From the NCBI GenBank assembly GCA_051362555.1, contig CM120649.1, forward strand, positions 2,356,001-2,420,000: a stretch of DNA of 64,000 nt. Direction: 5' to 3'. Below are positions 35,555 through 47,943 of the stretch, in pieces. The position numbers and the translations under genes are program-made. Origin of the DNA: Lingula anatina (taxonomy: Eukaryota > Animalia > Brachiopoda). Each line of letters starts with the position of its first letter. The stretch's first letter is position 1. The notes beneath the pieces were generated by a model. The model ran no database searches and was not told the origin of the DNA. It saw nothing but the letters and a program-made list of their open reading frames with translations.

Positions 35555-37401
35555 ATGGCATCCAAGAAGCTGTGCGAGAAGTTCAGTGACAATTTTCTCA
35601 CGTGTCACATCTGTCTTCACGAGTATGAAGACCCACGTGTCCTCCCATGCTATCACACTTTCTGCCTGGCTTGTCTTGCCCAGCACGTGGCAGCGAGTGG
35701 GACGGGAGGCAATATCACGTGCCCAATGTGCCGCCAGAAGGCGCCTGTTCCACCAGGTGGGCTGGAGAAACTTGTCCGTAACTTTTTTTGTCCTAGGTGA
35801 AGGACTTCATGTTGATAACAGAGAGTAAAAACAAAATGTGCGGTAACTGTGACTCACAAGTTTCTCAATTTTATTGTCAAGATTGCAAACATTTTTTATG
35901 TGAAAACTGTCGACAAAAGCAGCATGACGCTATAAAATTACTGCAGGGACACACAATGTTATCAGTGTCTGATCACGATAAGAAAGTCCAGGAAGAAATG
36001 GACGCTACACTTTTTTGTGATAAACACAAAGGACAACAGTTAATCTTTTATTGCACAGATGACGATGTTGTTGTGTGCCGTGACTGTATTCTTACCAAAC
36101 ACAACAAACACAACTGTGTTGACATTGCAGATGTAGCAGAAATCCACAAAGAAAAAATAAATAGTGCCTTTAAAGATGTATCAAAGAACATTTCACTATT
36201 AGAAAATGCAGAGTCGGAAATATCTAAGCAACAGAAAGATACAACTGACGTCGTAAACAAAACGGTGACCGACATACAACAACAGGAGGCGGATATTATA
36301 AAAGAGGTTCAGCGTATTTCTTCTCAGTTGATAACAGAAGCAAAAGACCACGCCGCAACGTATATGAAGTCACTCGAGGCTGAGAAAGCTCGCATTCAGC
36401 TACAGAAAGTATCCATCCACAGCACATGTGAGTTTGCCAAACAGCTTGTTCAACATGGCTCCCACACGGAGGTGATGACACACGCTAAAAATATCCAAGC
36501 AAGGATGAAAGAACTGAACAATGTCAGACCCACCATACAGGTAAAAACAACAGAGATCACTTTCAGTAAAGGAAAACTTCCAGTGGACTTCTTTGGTCGT
36601 TTGACCATGTTAGAAAGGCTAAATACTGCATCTTTGGTGGGTGAGTTTGATAGCAGTATGGAAGATGTATGGGACATATCGTGCAGCCAAAGTGGAACAA
36701 TATATTTAGTTACTTGGCAATCAGATAAACTAACAGCGATATCACCATCTCATGAGGTGATATTCCAGGTTGATGTACCATATCCCAGTGGTGTCACCGT
36801 GATCAGTGATGACAGATTGGTGGTTACATGCCGGGATGGATGCCGAGTGTATTCTTCCTCCGGGAAACATGTCCAAACATTTGGTCAGGGTTACATGTCT
36901 GCGCCCTGGGGTGTTACAGTGGACAACAATGGACACATACTTGTCCGTGACGTGTACAACAAATGTGTCTGTGTGTATGACGCTGTGCAGTACAATCTCA
37001 TCAATAAGATCGGTGTTCCTATGTGTAATAATCCATAATACATTGCAGTGCTCCCATGTCGTGACACCATTGTGGTGTGTGACAGAGAGGGACACTGTGT
37101 ATATGGAGTGACCCCCCAGGGTGATGTAGTGTTCCAGTATGGTACACCAGGTGAAGGAGGCTCAGGTGATGGATACCTGGACTCCCCTTGGGGAGTTTGT
37201 ACAGACAGCATGGGGCACATCTTCATTGCTGACCGGGGGAATAACAGGGTGGTTGTTCTGACCTCAGATGGTCAACTGTTTAGATACGTGGTGGGTCCAC
37301 AGCGGGTTTCAAAGCCATCAGGTGTGGCCATTGATAACAAAGGACAGCTTGTAGTGGGGGAGTATAGAGGCAAGGTGAAAACATTTCGGCATGTTTCTTA
37401 A
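35555..37401 (+). pseudogene. TRIM-NHL copy 5, pseudogene
   Basis: 1-bp deletion in the T-run at 35783-35789, AAG>TAG at 35794-35796 and CAA>TAA at 37036-37038. The ORF track shows three fragments (35555, 35797, 37048). Confidence 0.9.
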
Positions 37402-38838
37402 CTACAATTTAAGTAATATTACAGACATTACCAAGCAACATCATTTTTACCAGAAAAAGAGAGAAGAATTACAGCGAAACTTTGTGCATGAACATTATTT
37501 GTTGAACACATAATTATGGATATTTCTGAAATTATAACTGTTATATGGGAAGGTGATGATATTGGTTTTAAAAAACTATTACTTATACGATATCGTAGGA
37601 GTGGGAAAGTAAAGTAATTCATAAAACAGTTTAATTATTTTTTTACTCTTTTTGGCACTTTTACAGTCAAGTTATACTGCTGTATAATAAGTTCAAATCT
37701 TTTCTTTGAGCAATGACATAGTTTGATGTGTTTCTTAAAAAAAGGACACTGCACGACAATTGATTTTTACCCTTAATGGATTAAATGTACGTGTAACAAG
37801 CTTGCACGATCTCTTGTATTATTGTAAATAAATGCTTTTAAAAATATCATCAGTGATACCAGTATTTACTGTGAGACCAGCAGGTATATTGTAACACTAA
37901 CGTAAGTGCTGGGACATTATGGTTTAACCTCCATCCCACCGCGATATCCACATGAAGGCGGATACAAGTCACCGTTACCGCGTCTCCTCATACACTACAC
38001 GTGGATTATAGCTACTTGGACCTGAGGTCACAAACTCAACTTGAATCCCGTAAGTTATAGTCTCTGTCGATGCATTTGTATAGATCGAAATGCACCCTTG
38101 TCACATTTTTTTAAGTAAATGAGCAATATCTTTTATTATCTCTATGTTATCCTTCTTTTCATGCACAAATATTTGAATTTGGATAGAAGTTGTATTTTAT
38201 TTTACAGAAAAAGAAAAAATGAATCACTGACAGTAATTATATCATACTATATAAATATAGCGGGCGGGTCTTTGACTGGATATATAGGCTTACAAAATAA
38301 TATTTGTAGTTCTATAATATTGAATATTAGCAAACTCTGTAACCGCCACATTGTCAGAATCATCATTAAAAAGTATATTTATTCCACGTTGTACTTGTCA
38401 CTGAAAGGCGACAGGTACGCCATTGCGCGTTTGTCCTTGAAAATTCCCCACTTGAGGGAGTGGCCCGGTCGGACTGGCAGAATTGTCAGTGGCAACGGCT
38501 GATTGAAAACTGTTCAAGCAATTTCACCTTCCACGACAAGTGTTAAGCTAAATAATGACAATGTATTAACAAATTTTCCTTTCGTAAGCAATTGACGGGA
38601 GTTGGCCCCCGAGTTCATTCCTCAATACATTGAGAGAGTGTGATATTGGAACGCTTTATTCGGTTGAAGGGGTGTTTTACGGTGAAATGAGAATTATTTC
38701 TTTCGGTATGCATGTCATACACTTCACTGTCATCCTCTCACGACATATGCTATGAACACCTATCACTGAGGCTCCAGATGTTCTGGGATACATCACTCGG
38801 GTGACTGGGTGTTGTCCCACACTTACCTGTATCTCACA

Positions 38839-38940
38839 TATATAAGAAGTCGCATCCGTGGCAGTCACACATACCAGTATGCTGAGAACGCTACCGGACC
38901 ACACCCTCTCGCTCTCTCCTTGTTACTCAGTCAGGTCAGT
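38839..38940 (+). promoter_or_regulatory. TATA promoter, exon 1 and splice donor of the SH3BGRL3-like gene
   Basis: TATATAAG at 38839 and CAG|GTCAGT with the intron starting at 38935; the candidate intron runs to the acceptor at 39919. Confidence 0.6.
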
Positions 38941-39480
38941 GAAATATTATACAAATAGTGTATAGTTTATTATTATTATATATTTATCATAAATAACATT
39001 ACAGGTGAGAAAACACGGTGTTCGTTATCTATGATTTCATAAAATCAATAACGCAATAATGGAAAAGACCGACTATCGTGAGTAACATCGTCGTTCACTC
39101 TCAAAATAACAGGATAAGTGAAAAAAAAAGGGTTCAACAGGAGCAAAATAAATGTTAAAATTTTGACCATATGACAAAAATGACGTTGTTTGCTGATTAA
39201 TAAAAATTGTAAAACAAACCGAGGCAGGGAGGAGGTTGACTTTATATGAATCAAAACAGAGACAAAGGGCATGGAGCACATATTTACTTTAATAATATTT
39301 TTTATTTTATTAAAGGGATAATAACTCTTCGTATGAGATCTATATTTCACAATAAAAACATTGTGAATAATTCATTGAAATACAATATATTCTGTTTTAC
39401 CACAAAAACGGCAGTGATAGCTATTATTCTGATATCTGAGCTTGTCTTTAGACCATTTGACCTCCATTGATGGCTATACT

Positions 39481-39673
39481 CTAGCAAGAAAACGCAGTAA
39501 ATACTCCAGCGCAGTAGACTACTGCAATCATACTGCAAACCGCAGTAGACTACTGCCATCGTACTGCAAACATGTTTCAAATCTTCTTCGATTTGGGAGC
39601 TAATTAGCATATTTGAAACATGCTTCTATCATGCTGCTAATCTACTGCATTAATGCTCCTCTCTGTACAAACC
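39481..39673 (-). mobile_element. Truncated inverted copy of the 31310/31661 MITE in the SH3BGRL intron
   Basis: Reverse complement of the right-hand two-thirds of the MITE, with a short internal duplication. Confidence 0.8.
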
Positions 39674-39861
39674 TTCTTAAGAGATTTAAACAAAAAACTA
39701 AACTTTTTAGAAAAAAAAAAAAAAAACAGGGACTAACTTTGAATGTAAAAATGAATTGATTAACCTAAGGTAAGTATGGGAAAATTGTTGTTTACTCCAG
39801 GAAAATTCATTTTTTGGCCAAACTTTAAATTTCATTCATTCATTATCTAATAAATGTTGAC

Positions 39862-40215
39862 ATGTTGAAGGCTATGTGCTCGTGTTCCAGATTCCTTTTC
39901 TTCTTTATTTTCTTAACAGAATGCGATCGTCTGCCCACACAGGAGATCCGCGTGTACATCAGCAGCGTGTCAGGCAACCTGGAGATAAAGAAACAACAAC
40001 AGAAGATACAGATGGTTCTCAGCTCGAAGAAGATCGACGCACAGTACATCGATGTCTCATCAAACGACGCCGCCAAGAAATTCATGAGGGAAAGTGCAGG
40101 AGAGAAGAGTATTCCCCCACAGCTTTTTAACGGCGAGGAATACCTTGGTGATTACGCAGCTTTTGAGAAAGCAGTTGAAGACGAACGTCTTATGGAGTTC
40201 CTAAAGTTGAACTGA
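39862..40215 (+). CDS. SH3BGRL3: SH3BGRL3-like thioredoxin/glutaredoxin-fold protein (domain about 39943..40215; true start uncertain)
   Basis: IRVYISSVSGNLEIKKQQ..IDVS..PPQLFNGEEYLGDYAAFEKAVE..LMEFLKL matches the SH3BGR family signature. Polypyrimidine tract plus AG acceptor at 39917-39919. Confidence 0.8.
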   Translation: MLKAMCSCSRFLFFFIFLTECDRLPTQEIRVYISSVSGNLEIKKQQQKIQMVLSSKKIDAQYIDVSSNDAAKKFMRESAGEKSIPPQLFNGEEYLGDYAAFEKAVEDERLMEFLKLN

Positions 40216-41744
40216 TTTATATCGTGGTTAAAATGAAGTTTTAAGACACTCTAAAGACGACAAGACACACGAATATATATGTGCCTATAATATACTTCAA
40301 TCGCTATTTGGACGAAAACCTAAAACATGTTTGAAAATCAGAAATGTCCGAGCCTGGTGGAGCTGGTATGATTGTACTATAGGGCTATAAACCGGTACAT
40401 AATGCATAAAAAATAAATAATAATATAAATGAGGCGTTACTAAACTTACAAACTATAACTCGCCTTTCAAAGCATGATATAAATTCACTGTATTTTGGAT
40501 TTTTAAAACGAAAACTACTCAGTATTTTTCACTCTTTTTAAACACACATTATTACATGTCGCGCGTGCGCAGATAACCTGTTTTTACTGGTCGCGTGTGG
40601 TGTCGCACGTGTCACGTCTACCATTCAGCGAGAGTGCCCTCGGATTTGGATCGATAGATCGATAGTTTTATTTGGAATGAGCCCTTGTTTGATAGACTCA
40701 ACAAATCCTTTTCTGTACACAATACGTATAACTATCGTTCATCCCCCGTGTTTTACAGTCTTTAAAGCGCTGATAGTGTAAATCGTGTACCCTCTACCAG
40801 ATTGATTTTTATTAGATATTCACAGATATGTCTCTGGCTTATTCATGTCACATTTTTACAAGTGCACATAATTCATCTACGGCCCTGACAGAGGGTAAAG
40901 TGCGGGCCCACTATTCATGCAGCGTCGTCGGTCTGTTCAGTTTCTTTGCATGTATTGTGTGAAGGGCGCAGATTCGGCTGTCCACGCTCACCTAACACAT
41001 TCTGCTGTCCACGTTCACCTAACGCATTCTGTTGTCTAGGAGCCCCATTTTGAGCATAAAAATAATGTGACACCTTGGCTTATGATTAATATAAGATGTA
41101 GTCACTAGATGGCGGTAACATCTCTGGTCGTGTTTGGACTTATGTGGCAAGAATGGTAGTCTGCTAGGAACCGTAGTTCATTCCCCATAATGCTTAGGAC
41201 AAATCTTTCGGAACAGGAAAAATTTATACATGAAAATAATCAAACACATGCAGAAATATTTCAACTTGAGTTTGATAATTTTCATGTATGATCCAACTAC
41301 CGAGTTAATAAACATTTTTGCTCAGGAGAATTTTAGTTCACAGCTAGTTAATAGCCAGACCAAACAATCTAGTGTTCCGTCCAAATATCTATGGACCTGG
41401 CGGAGGGTAAAAAACCTTGGCGATAAAGTAAAAGTTACCCAATTTTCAAAGTCGGTAATTACCAATACTTATTATTTTATACCTTGAGCTTTTTATTTGA
41501 TTTATTAAATATTTACTTTATTTTCGTATTTGGTAATATAAACGTTTTTAGCACATTATGTGGTCTGAGATCGGTCCTATTTTCTTTACACTATAAACTT
41601 TACCCTCTGAGGATGTGTTTTGTTTGGTTTCAATTTGATGTGGTATGTGGACGATTACTAGATAAATGTTATATGTAAAAATCCTCATGATGAAAAAGCA
41701 ACTATTGAGGCTTGTGTGTATGAATTCAGATTTAGGCTCACGAC

Positions 41745-41995
41745 GGATCATTACCAGAGATTATCGTATTTACTATGGCTCGATCTTTCTGCAAGGGGAT
41801 TATCACTTAATTGTAATCAGCTAAGGCGGCTTAGATGTCCGTAACGCCTACTGAAACTGTCATGGAGTAATTAACTATCATATGGCAGCTTCAGTATGCG
41901 TGCCAGACATCTAAGCCGCTTAAGCTGAAAGAAAATTAGCCAGAAACCTCCGGACATGGAGCGGACCTATTTGATCGATCTTGGTATGGGAACCC
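41745..41995. mobile_element. Foldback MITE
   Basis: Paralogue of 26494..26745. Confidence 0.7.
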
Positions 41996-42511
41996 TATCA
42001 AACACCAAGTTTTCCAGAGACAGCACTACACAGTATAAGAGTTGAAGATATGTTATCACAACAAGCGTTAGAACCAGGGTGTAATTCTCAACAATAAATG
42101 TGACATATGACATCACACATTAACAAAGTATGTAAATCACCATATTTCAGTTGGCAACTAATGTCTAAGATTCTTCACCTTATTAACAGCAAGTAAACAG
42201 AGCTATTTATCCATGCATTTGTGGCTTCTAGACATGATTACTGCAACATCCTGTTGTTGTTGGGAATGCCTAACTATCAAATGGGGAAAAATCAGTCTAT
42301 TCAGAATTCTGCAGCTCGTTTCTACTAATAAGAAATATGTATATAAGACGTTCAGATTTAAAACTTGGGAGTTCAGATTGAGATACTGAGGGAGCCCGCT
42401 CTGGGAAGCTAGGAGACGGGAGTGAGTCATGGATGATGGTTGAGAAGTTAGAGACTTAGTTTGAAGGTACTTGAAAAGTTCCAAAACCCAGTAAAATAAG
42501 ACGTTAGACAT

Positions 42512-45500
42512 AAGTAGTGGCGGGCGGGGAAGGTAATAACTGCTTATTCATTGACATTCTCCTGTCCTTGTGTTGAGCGGTGAATAACACGTCATTGAAC
42601 AAAATGTTATCGAAGTCCCTACTTAGAATAACTTCACGGACAATCAGCGTTTGGGTTAATAAACTAGCCCAGTTCTGCTATCTCTTGTAACAAGAGTGGG
42701 GCGTACATCTCAGGTGACTCCAGCTATCAGGACGAGTGAGGTGTGTTCTCACGTACACCCAAGTCTACACTTAGTGCGGGTTTAAATGAGCCATTTAGAA
42801 TATGTTCAAAATATGAATATAAACTAAATAACCTTAATTGAAAATAAACTTGATAATTGGCTATTACACTTGAATGCAAATATTTTTTTTCCTTTTGCCG
42901 AGGAGGAAATGATATTGGAAAATCACTTGAAACATATTTCGCTCATTAAACCTATTTTTTAAAATCAAAATACCGTTTTAAGTGCAACCTCATGAAACTG
43001 CGTGAGGGGATGTAATTAAAAGGGAAGTGGTATTTTAATTTATTAATTTTTTTAAAAAGTTACTTGGGAGATAAAAATGCATATTACTTTGATATAATAT
43101 TTATTTATATGTCTGCAATATTTGGAGGCGGGAAACTTTTCCTTGTTAATTATAAAGGGAAGAAATCGAAAGTTAAAAAGATAAAAGGTATGAACAGGTT
43201 ACCTTTATCAAACCACGCGCGCGCACGCGTGTGTGTGCATGTGTGTGTGTGTGTGTGCGCGCGCGCGATTGCTACACACGTCTAAAGATCTACAGATGAT
43301 AATGAAAACTTCCTACACCATACCCATACGTAAAGGAACACGCTGTCGGTGGAAGGGTTGTCTGAACAGCAGGCTGAGCGCTAAAACAAAGAACTCAAAC
43401 TGATTGTAGTGTGCTCCACTTGCCTATATCAAATATTGTCTCTTATCATGTTTACCGGGTATAAATTATAGACACGTTAATATTTAATAAAATCAGGTGA
43501 TTCTGTAACAGTCCATGGGCCACAAGAAGGTGTCGAGAGGTTAATTCGCAAAATGAGAAGCTTTTTAAACTAAGAATATGTACGATTCTTCACCTTATTG
43601 ACAGCAAGTAAATAGAGCTACTCAACCAGGCATTTGTGACTTCTAGATATGATTAAGTTATCTAGAATATGTTCAAAATAAGAATTTAACCTAAATCGCC
43701 GAAATTAAATTTGATTATTGGCTATTACACTTGAATGCATTTTTTTCTTTTTGTCGAGGAAAAACTGATATTTGAAAATCAATTGAAACATATATTTCGC
43801 TTATTAAACTACAGTTTTTTTTTTTTAACCAAATACCGTTTAAACTGCAAACCCATGAAACTGATTTAGGGGATAAAATCAAAATGGAAGCCAATGGTAT
43901 TTTAGTTTATTTATTTTCATAAAGTTACTTGAAAGATAAAATGCCTCGAAGCGCGAAATGCGGGAACCGAGGTTTGTAGGGGGAAATGGACTACTGTTAC
44001 ACCGGGGTTAATAAACCAGCCCAGTCCTGTTATCTCTGGTATCATGTACCCCGTGATGTACAGCTCAGGACGATTGAGTTGTGTTCTCACGTACCCCCAA
44101 GTGTACAGTCAGTACAGATTTAAAGGCACACGTTTAACGCCATCCTCTTTATACATTTTTTTTCGTGTTAATCCCAGCCATTAGCCGATATATTTAATGT
44201 AGCGATAAAGGAAAAGTTCCTCAATAATCCAGGTGGTAAATATCAGTGTTTATATTTTCACTTTGAACTTTTTACCTATGTGATATTTATTCATGCTTTG
44301 TATTTTGCAATATATAAGTACTACTAGCATTAATGAGAATTGTTTAAAAGGTGTTTGGAAAGTTCCAAAAATTAGATGTCAGTAATCTGTGGCAGGGAAT
44401 GTAATAACTGCTAAATCATTAGCAGCGTCCTGTTCTGGTATTGAGCATTAAACAACTTGTCCTTGAACAAAATGTTATCAGAGAGTCGGGGTGGATATAG
44501 AGCAACTAGAAACACAATATCAGATAGCCTTCATAGAATAACTTCGCAGACAATCAGCGCCTTGGTTAATAAACTAACCCAGTTCTGTTATCTCCTGTAT
44601 CAAGAGCCTCGTGGTGGGGCGTACATCTCAGGTGACTCCAGCTATCAGAACGAGGTGTGTTCTCACGTACATCCAAGTCTACAGTAAGTGCAGGTTTAAG
44701 TGAGCTACTAGAATATGTTCAAACTAAGAAAATAAACTTAATCGCAATGATGGAAATAAATGTTGATAATTGGCTATTACACTTAATTACAAGTATGATT
44801 TTCACAAAATTATGGAGATGATTTATTTTCAATATAATAATAATAATATGGATATTTGAAATTAGATCATCCCTTAACTTATATCTTTCGATGATTGAAC
44901 TGCGTGGCTTCTGAACATTTTTCGAGAAAGGGAAGGCTGAATTTAGCGCAAATTCATGGCTGATTGAACTAAGATATAAAAAGGGGAACTATATAAACAT
45001 ACAGTTACAGGGGGCTGGGGGCTTGTCTGAATAGTAGATCGACCTGTAGAACAAAAAAAAAAAAAATCAAATTTGGCACTATAAAGACACAAATTTACCG
45101 CCATTCTCTCTATACAATATATTTTTGTGTTAATTCCTGTCGTTTTCCATAATTTTTACTGTAGCGATAAAGAAAAAGTTCCTCAATTAGTCAGGTGGTT
45201 ATTATTACTGTTTTATTTTTCACTTTGAACTTTTTACTTATTTGATATTTATTCGTGTTTTGTATTCTGTGATATAAAAGTACTGCATGCATTAAAAAGA
45301 GTAATTTTAAGGTATTTGAAAAGTTCCATAATCCCTTCAAATTAGCTGTTAGAAATCTGTGGCAGGAAAGTTTATAACTGCCAAATCATTGACAACGTCC
45401 TGTCTTGGTATTGAGCTGTAAACAACTTGCCCTTGAACAAAATGTTATCAGAGAGTCGGGGTGGATATAAAGCAACTTGAAACACAATATCAGCAGCTGG

Positions 45501-46710
45501 GTTAATAAACTAGCCCAGTTTTTGCCCTCTCTTGTAACAAGTGCCTCGTGGTGGGGCGTACATCTCAGGTGACTCCAGCTATCAGGACGAGTGAGGTGTG
45601 TTCTCAAGTACACCCAAGTCTACAGTTAGTGCAAACTTAAAGAACCATAGTTTGAAGGTATTTGGGAAGTTCCAAAACCCTGTTAAATAACATGTTAGAC
45701 ATTAGTAGTGGCGGCCGGGAAAGGTCATTGACATTCTCTTATCCTTGTGTTGAGCGGTAAACAACATCTCATTGAACAAAATGTTATCGAAGTCCCTATT
45801 TAGAATAACTTCACAGACAATCAGCGCATTGATTAATTAACTTCTCCAGTTCTGCTATCTCCTGTATCAAGAGCCTCGTGTTGGGGTGTACATCTCAGCT
45901 GACTCCGGCTATCAGGACGAGTGAGGTGTGTTCTCACGTACACCCAAGTGTAAAATTAGTGCAGGCTTAAATGAGCCATCTAGAATGTGTTCAAAATAAG
46001 AATATAAACTATATCGCCGTGATTGAAATTTAATTTGATAATTGGCTATTACACTTGAATGCAAATATTTTTCCCTTCATTTCCGAGGAGGAATTTTAAA
46101 TAGGTATATGCCCTTAACCATATCTTTCGCTCATTAAACTACAGTTTTTTTAATCAAAAGACTGTTTAAAGTGCAAACACATGAAACTGCGTTAGATGAT
46201 GTAATTTAAAAGGAGGCCAATGATATTTTAGTTTATTTTGTTTTACAAAGTTACTTGGAAGGCAAAAAAACGCATATTACTTTGATGTAATAGTCATTAA
46301 TAATGTCTGCAATATTTTGAGGCTGGAAACAATCTTTAACTTGTTAATTATACAGGGAAGAAATCGAAAGTTTAAAAAATAAAGATATATAAACAGGATA
46401 CCTTGGTCAAACTATGATCGTGTGTGTGTCTGAGTGTGTGCGATCCTTACACTCGTATAAAAATCTACAGTTGATAATGAAAACTACCGAAACGTAAAGG
46501 AACATGCTGTCGGTGGAAGGGTTGTTTGAACGACAGGCTGAGCGCTAAAACAAAGAACTCAAATTAATTTAACTATTAATTTAAATTAACTAGCAGTTCT
46601 GCTATCTCTTGTAACAAGTGCCTCGTGGTGCGGTGAACAGCACAGGTGACTCCAGCTATCAGGACGAGTGAGGCGTGTTCTCACGTACGCCCAAGTGTAC
46701 AGTTAGTGCA
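42512..46710. repeat. Cluster of six hairpin-repeat units upstream of TRIM copy 6
   Basis: Cores at about 42698, 44050 (degenerate), 44606, 45543, 45873 and 46620. Confidence 0.85.
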
Positions 46711-47829
46711 TATTTAATGAGCCATTTAGAGTGTGTTTAAAATAAGAATAAAAACTAAATCGCCGTGATAAAAATTAAACTTGATAATGGGCTATTACAT
46801 GAGAATGCCATTTTTCCCTTTTTCCGAGGAGGAGATGAATCGGAATATCCCCGGAAACATATCTTTCGCTCATTAATCTACAATTTTTAATCAAAAGACT
46901 GTTGAAAGTCCCAACCCATGAAACTGCGTTATGGGATGTTATCAAAAGGGAAGTCAATGGTATTTTAGTTTATTAATTTTTATAAAGTTACTTGGCAGAT
47001 AAAAATCCATATTACTTTGATTAAATAGTCATTAATAATGTCTGAAATATTTGCAGGCGTGGAAACAATCATTATCTTTTTAATTATACAGGGAAGAAAT
47101 CGAAAGTTTAAAAGATAAAGATATATAAACAGGATACCTTTTCAAACCATGAGCGTGTGTGTGTCTGAGTGTGTGCCATCATTACACTCGTATAAAGATC
47201 TACAGTTGATAATGAAAACTACCGACACTATACCGAAACGTAAAGGAACATGCTGTCGGTGGAAGGGTTGTCTGAACAGCAGGCTAAGCGCTAAAGCAAT
47301 TAAAGCACTCAAACTTATGCCCTGTGCTACACTTGCCTATGTCAAATATTGTCTCTTATCGTGTTTACCAGGTGTAAATTATAGACACGTTAATATTTAA
47401 TAAAATCAGGTGATTCTGTTACAAGTCATGGGTCCAAAGAGGGTGACAATAGGAGAATACGGATAATAATGAGTATTTAATCTACATCTGAAATTTATAC
47501 TAGAAATCAGATTGATGCTGATACAATCACGGTGCATTGTATTCACAAAACAAAACGTGCACGAGATGCTCGATGAAATAGGAACATTTGGTATAATTTT
47601 TTTATTCCCTGCCTATAACCGAAAGAACTGACTTAAATTTCACAAATTGTCAACTTTCTCATAATCTTTTTTATATGTAAATGCCGGCCAATCTTAGCAC
47701 AATGCTATTGTAAGGTGATTTAAGACTCTTCGGTGCGTCGATCATCAAAGTGAAGGCGACCCTTGCTACCCTCACCGTCCCTTGCACAGATTTCATCACC
47801 CAGTCAGGTGACCCTGTCCGATGTTGTTG

Positions 47830-47864
47830 TATATAACACAGACGCGGTGTGAAACAATCCAGTC
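47830..47864 (+). promoter_or_regulatory. TATA box plus Inr of TRIM copy 6
   Basis: TATATAA at 47830; the A of CCAGT at 47861 is 31 nt downstream. Confidence 0.6.
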
Positions 47865-47943
47865 AAAGGTAGAGCCGTCATTAAGTGACGAGGCATAATT
47901 TACAACCTTTTGGCTGTGTGCGTCCCATATTGATCTTAGTGTC

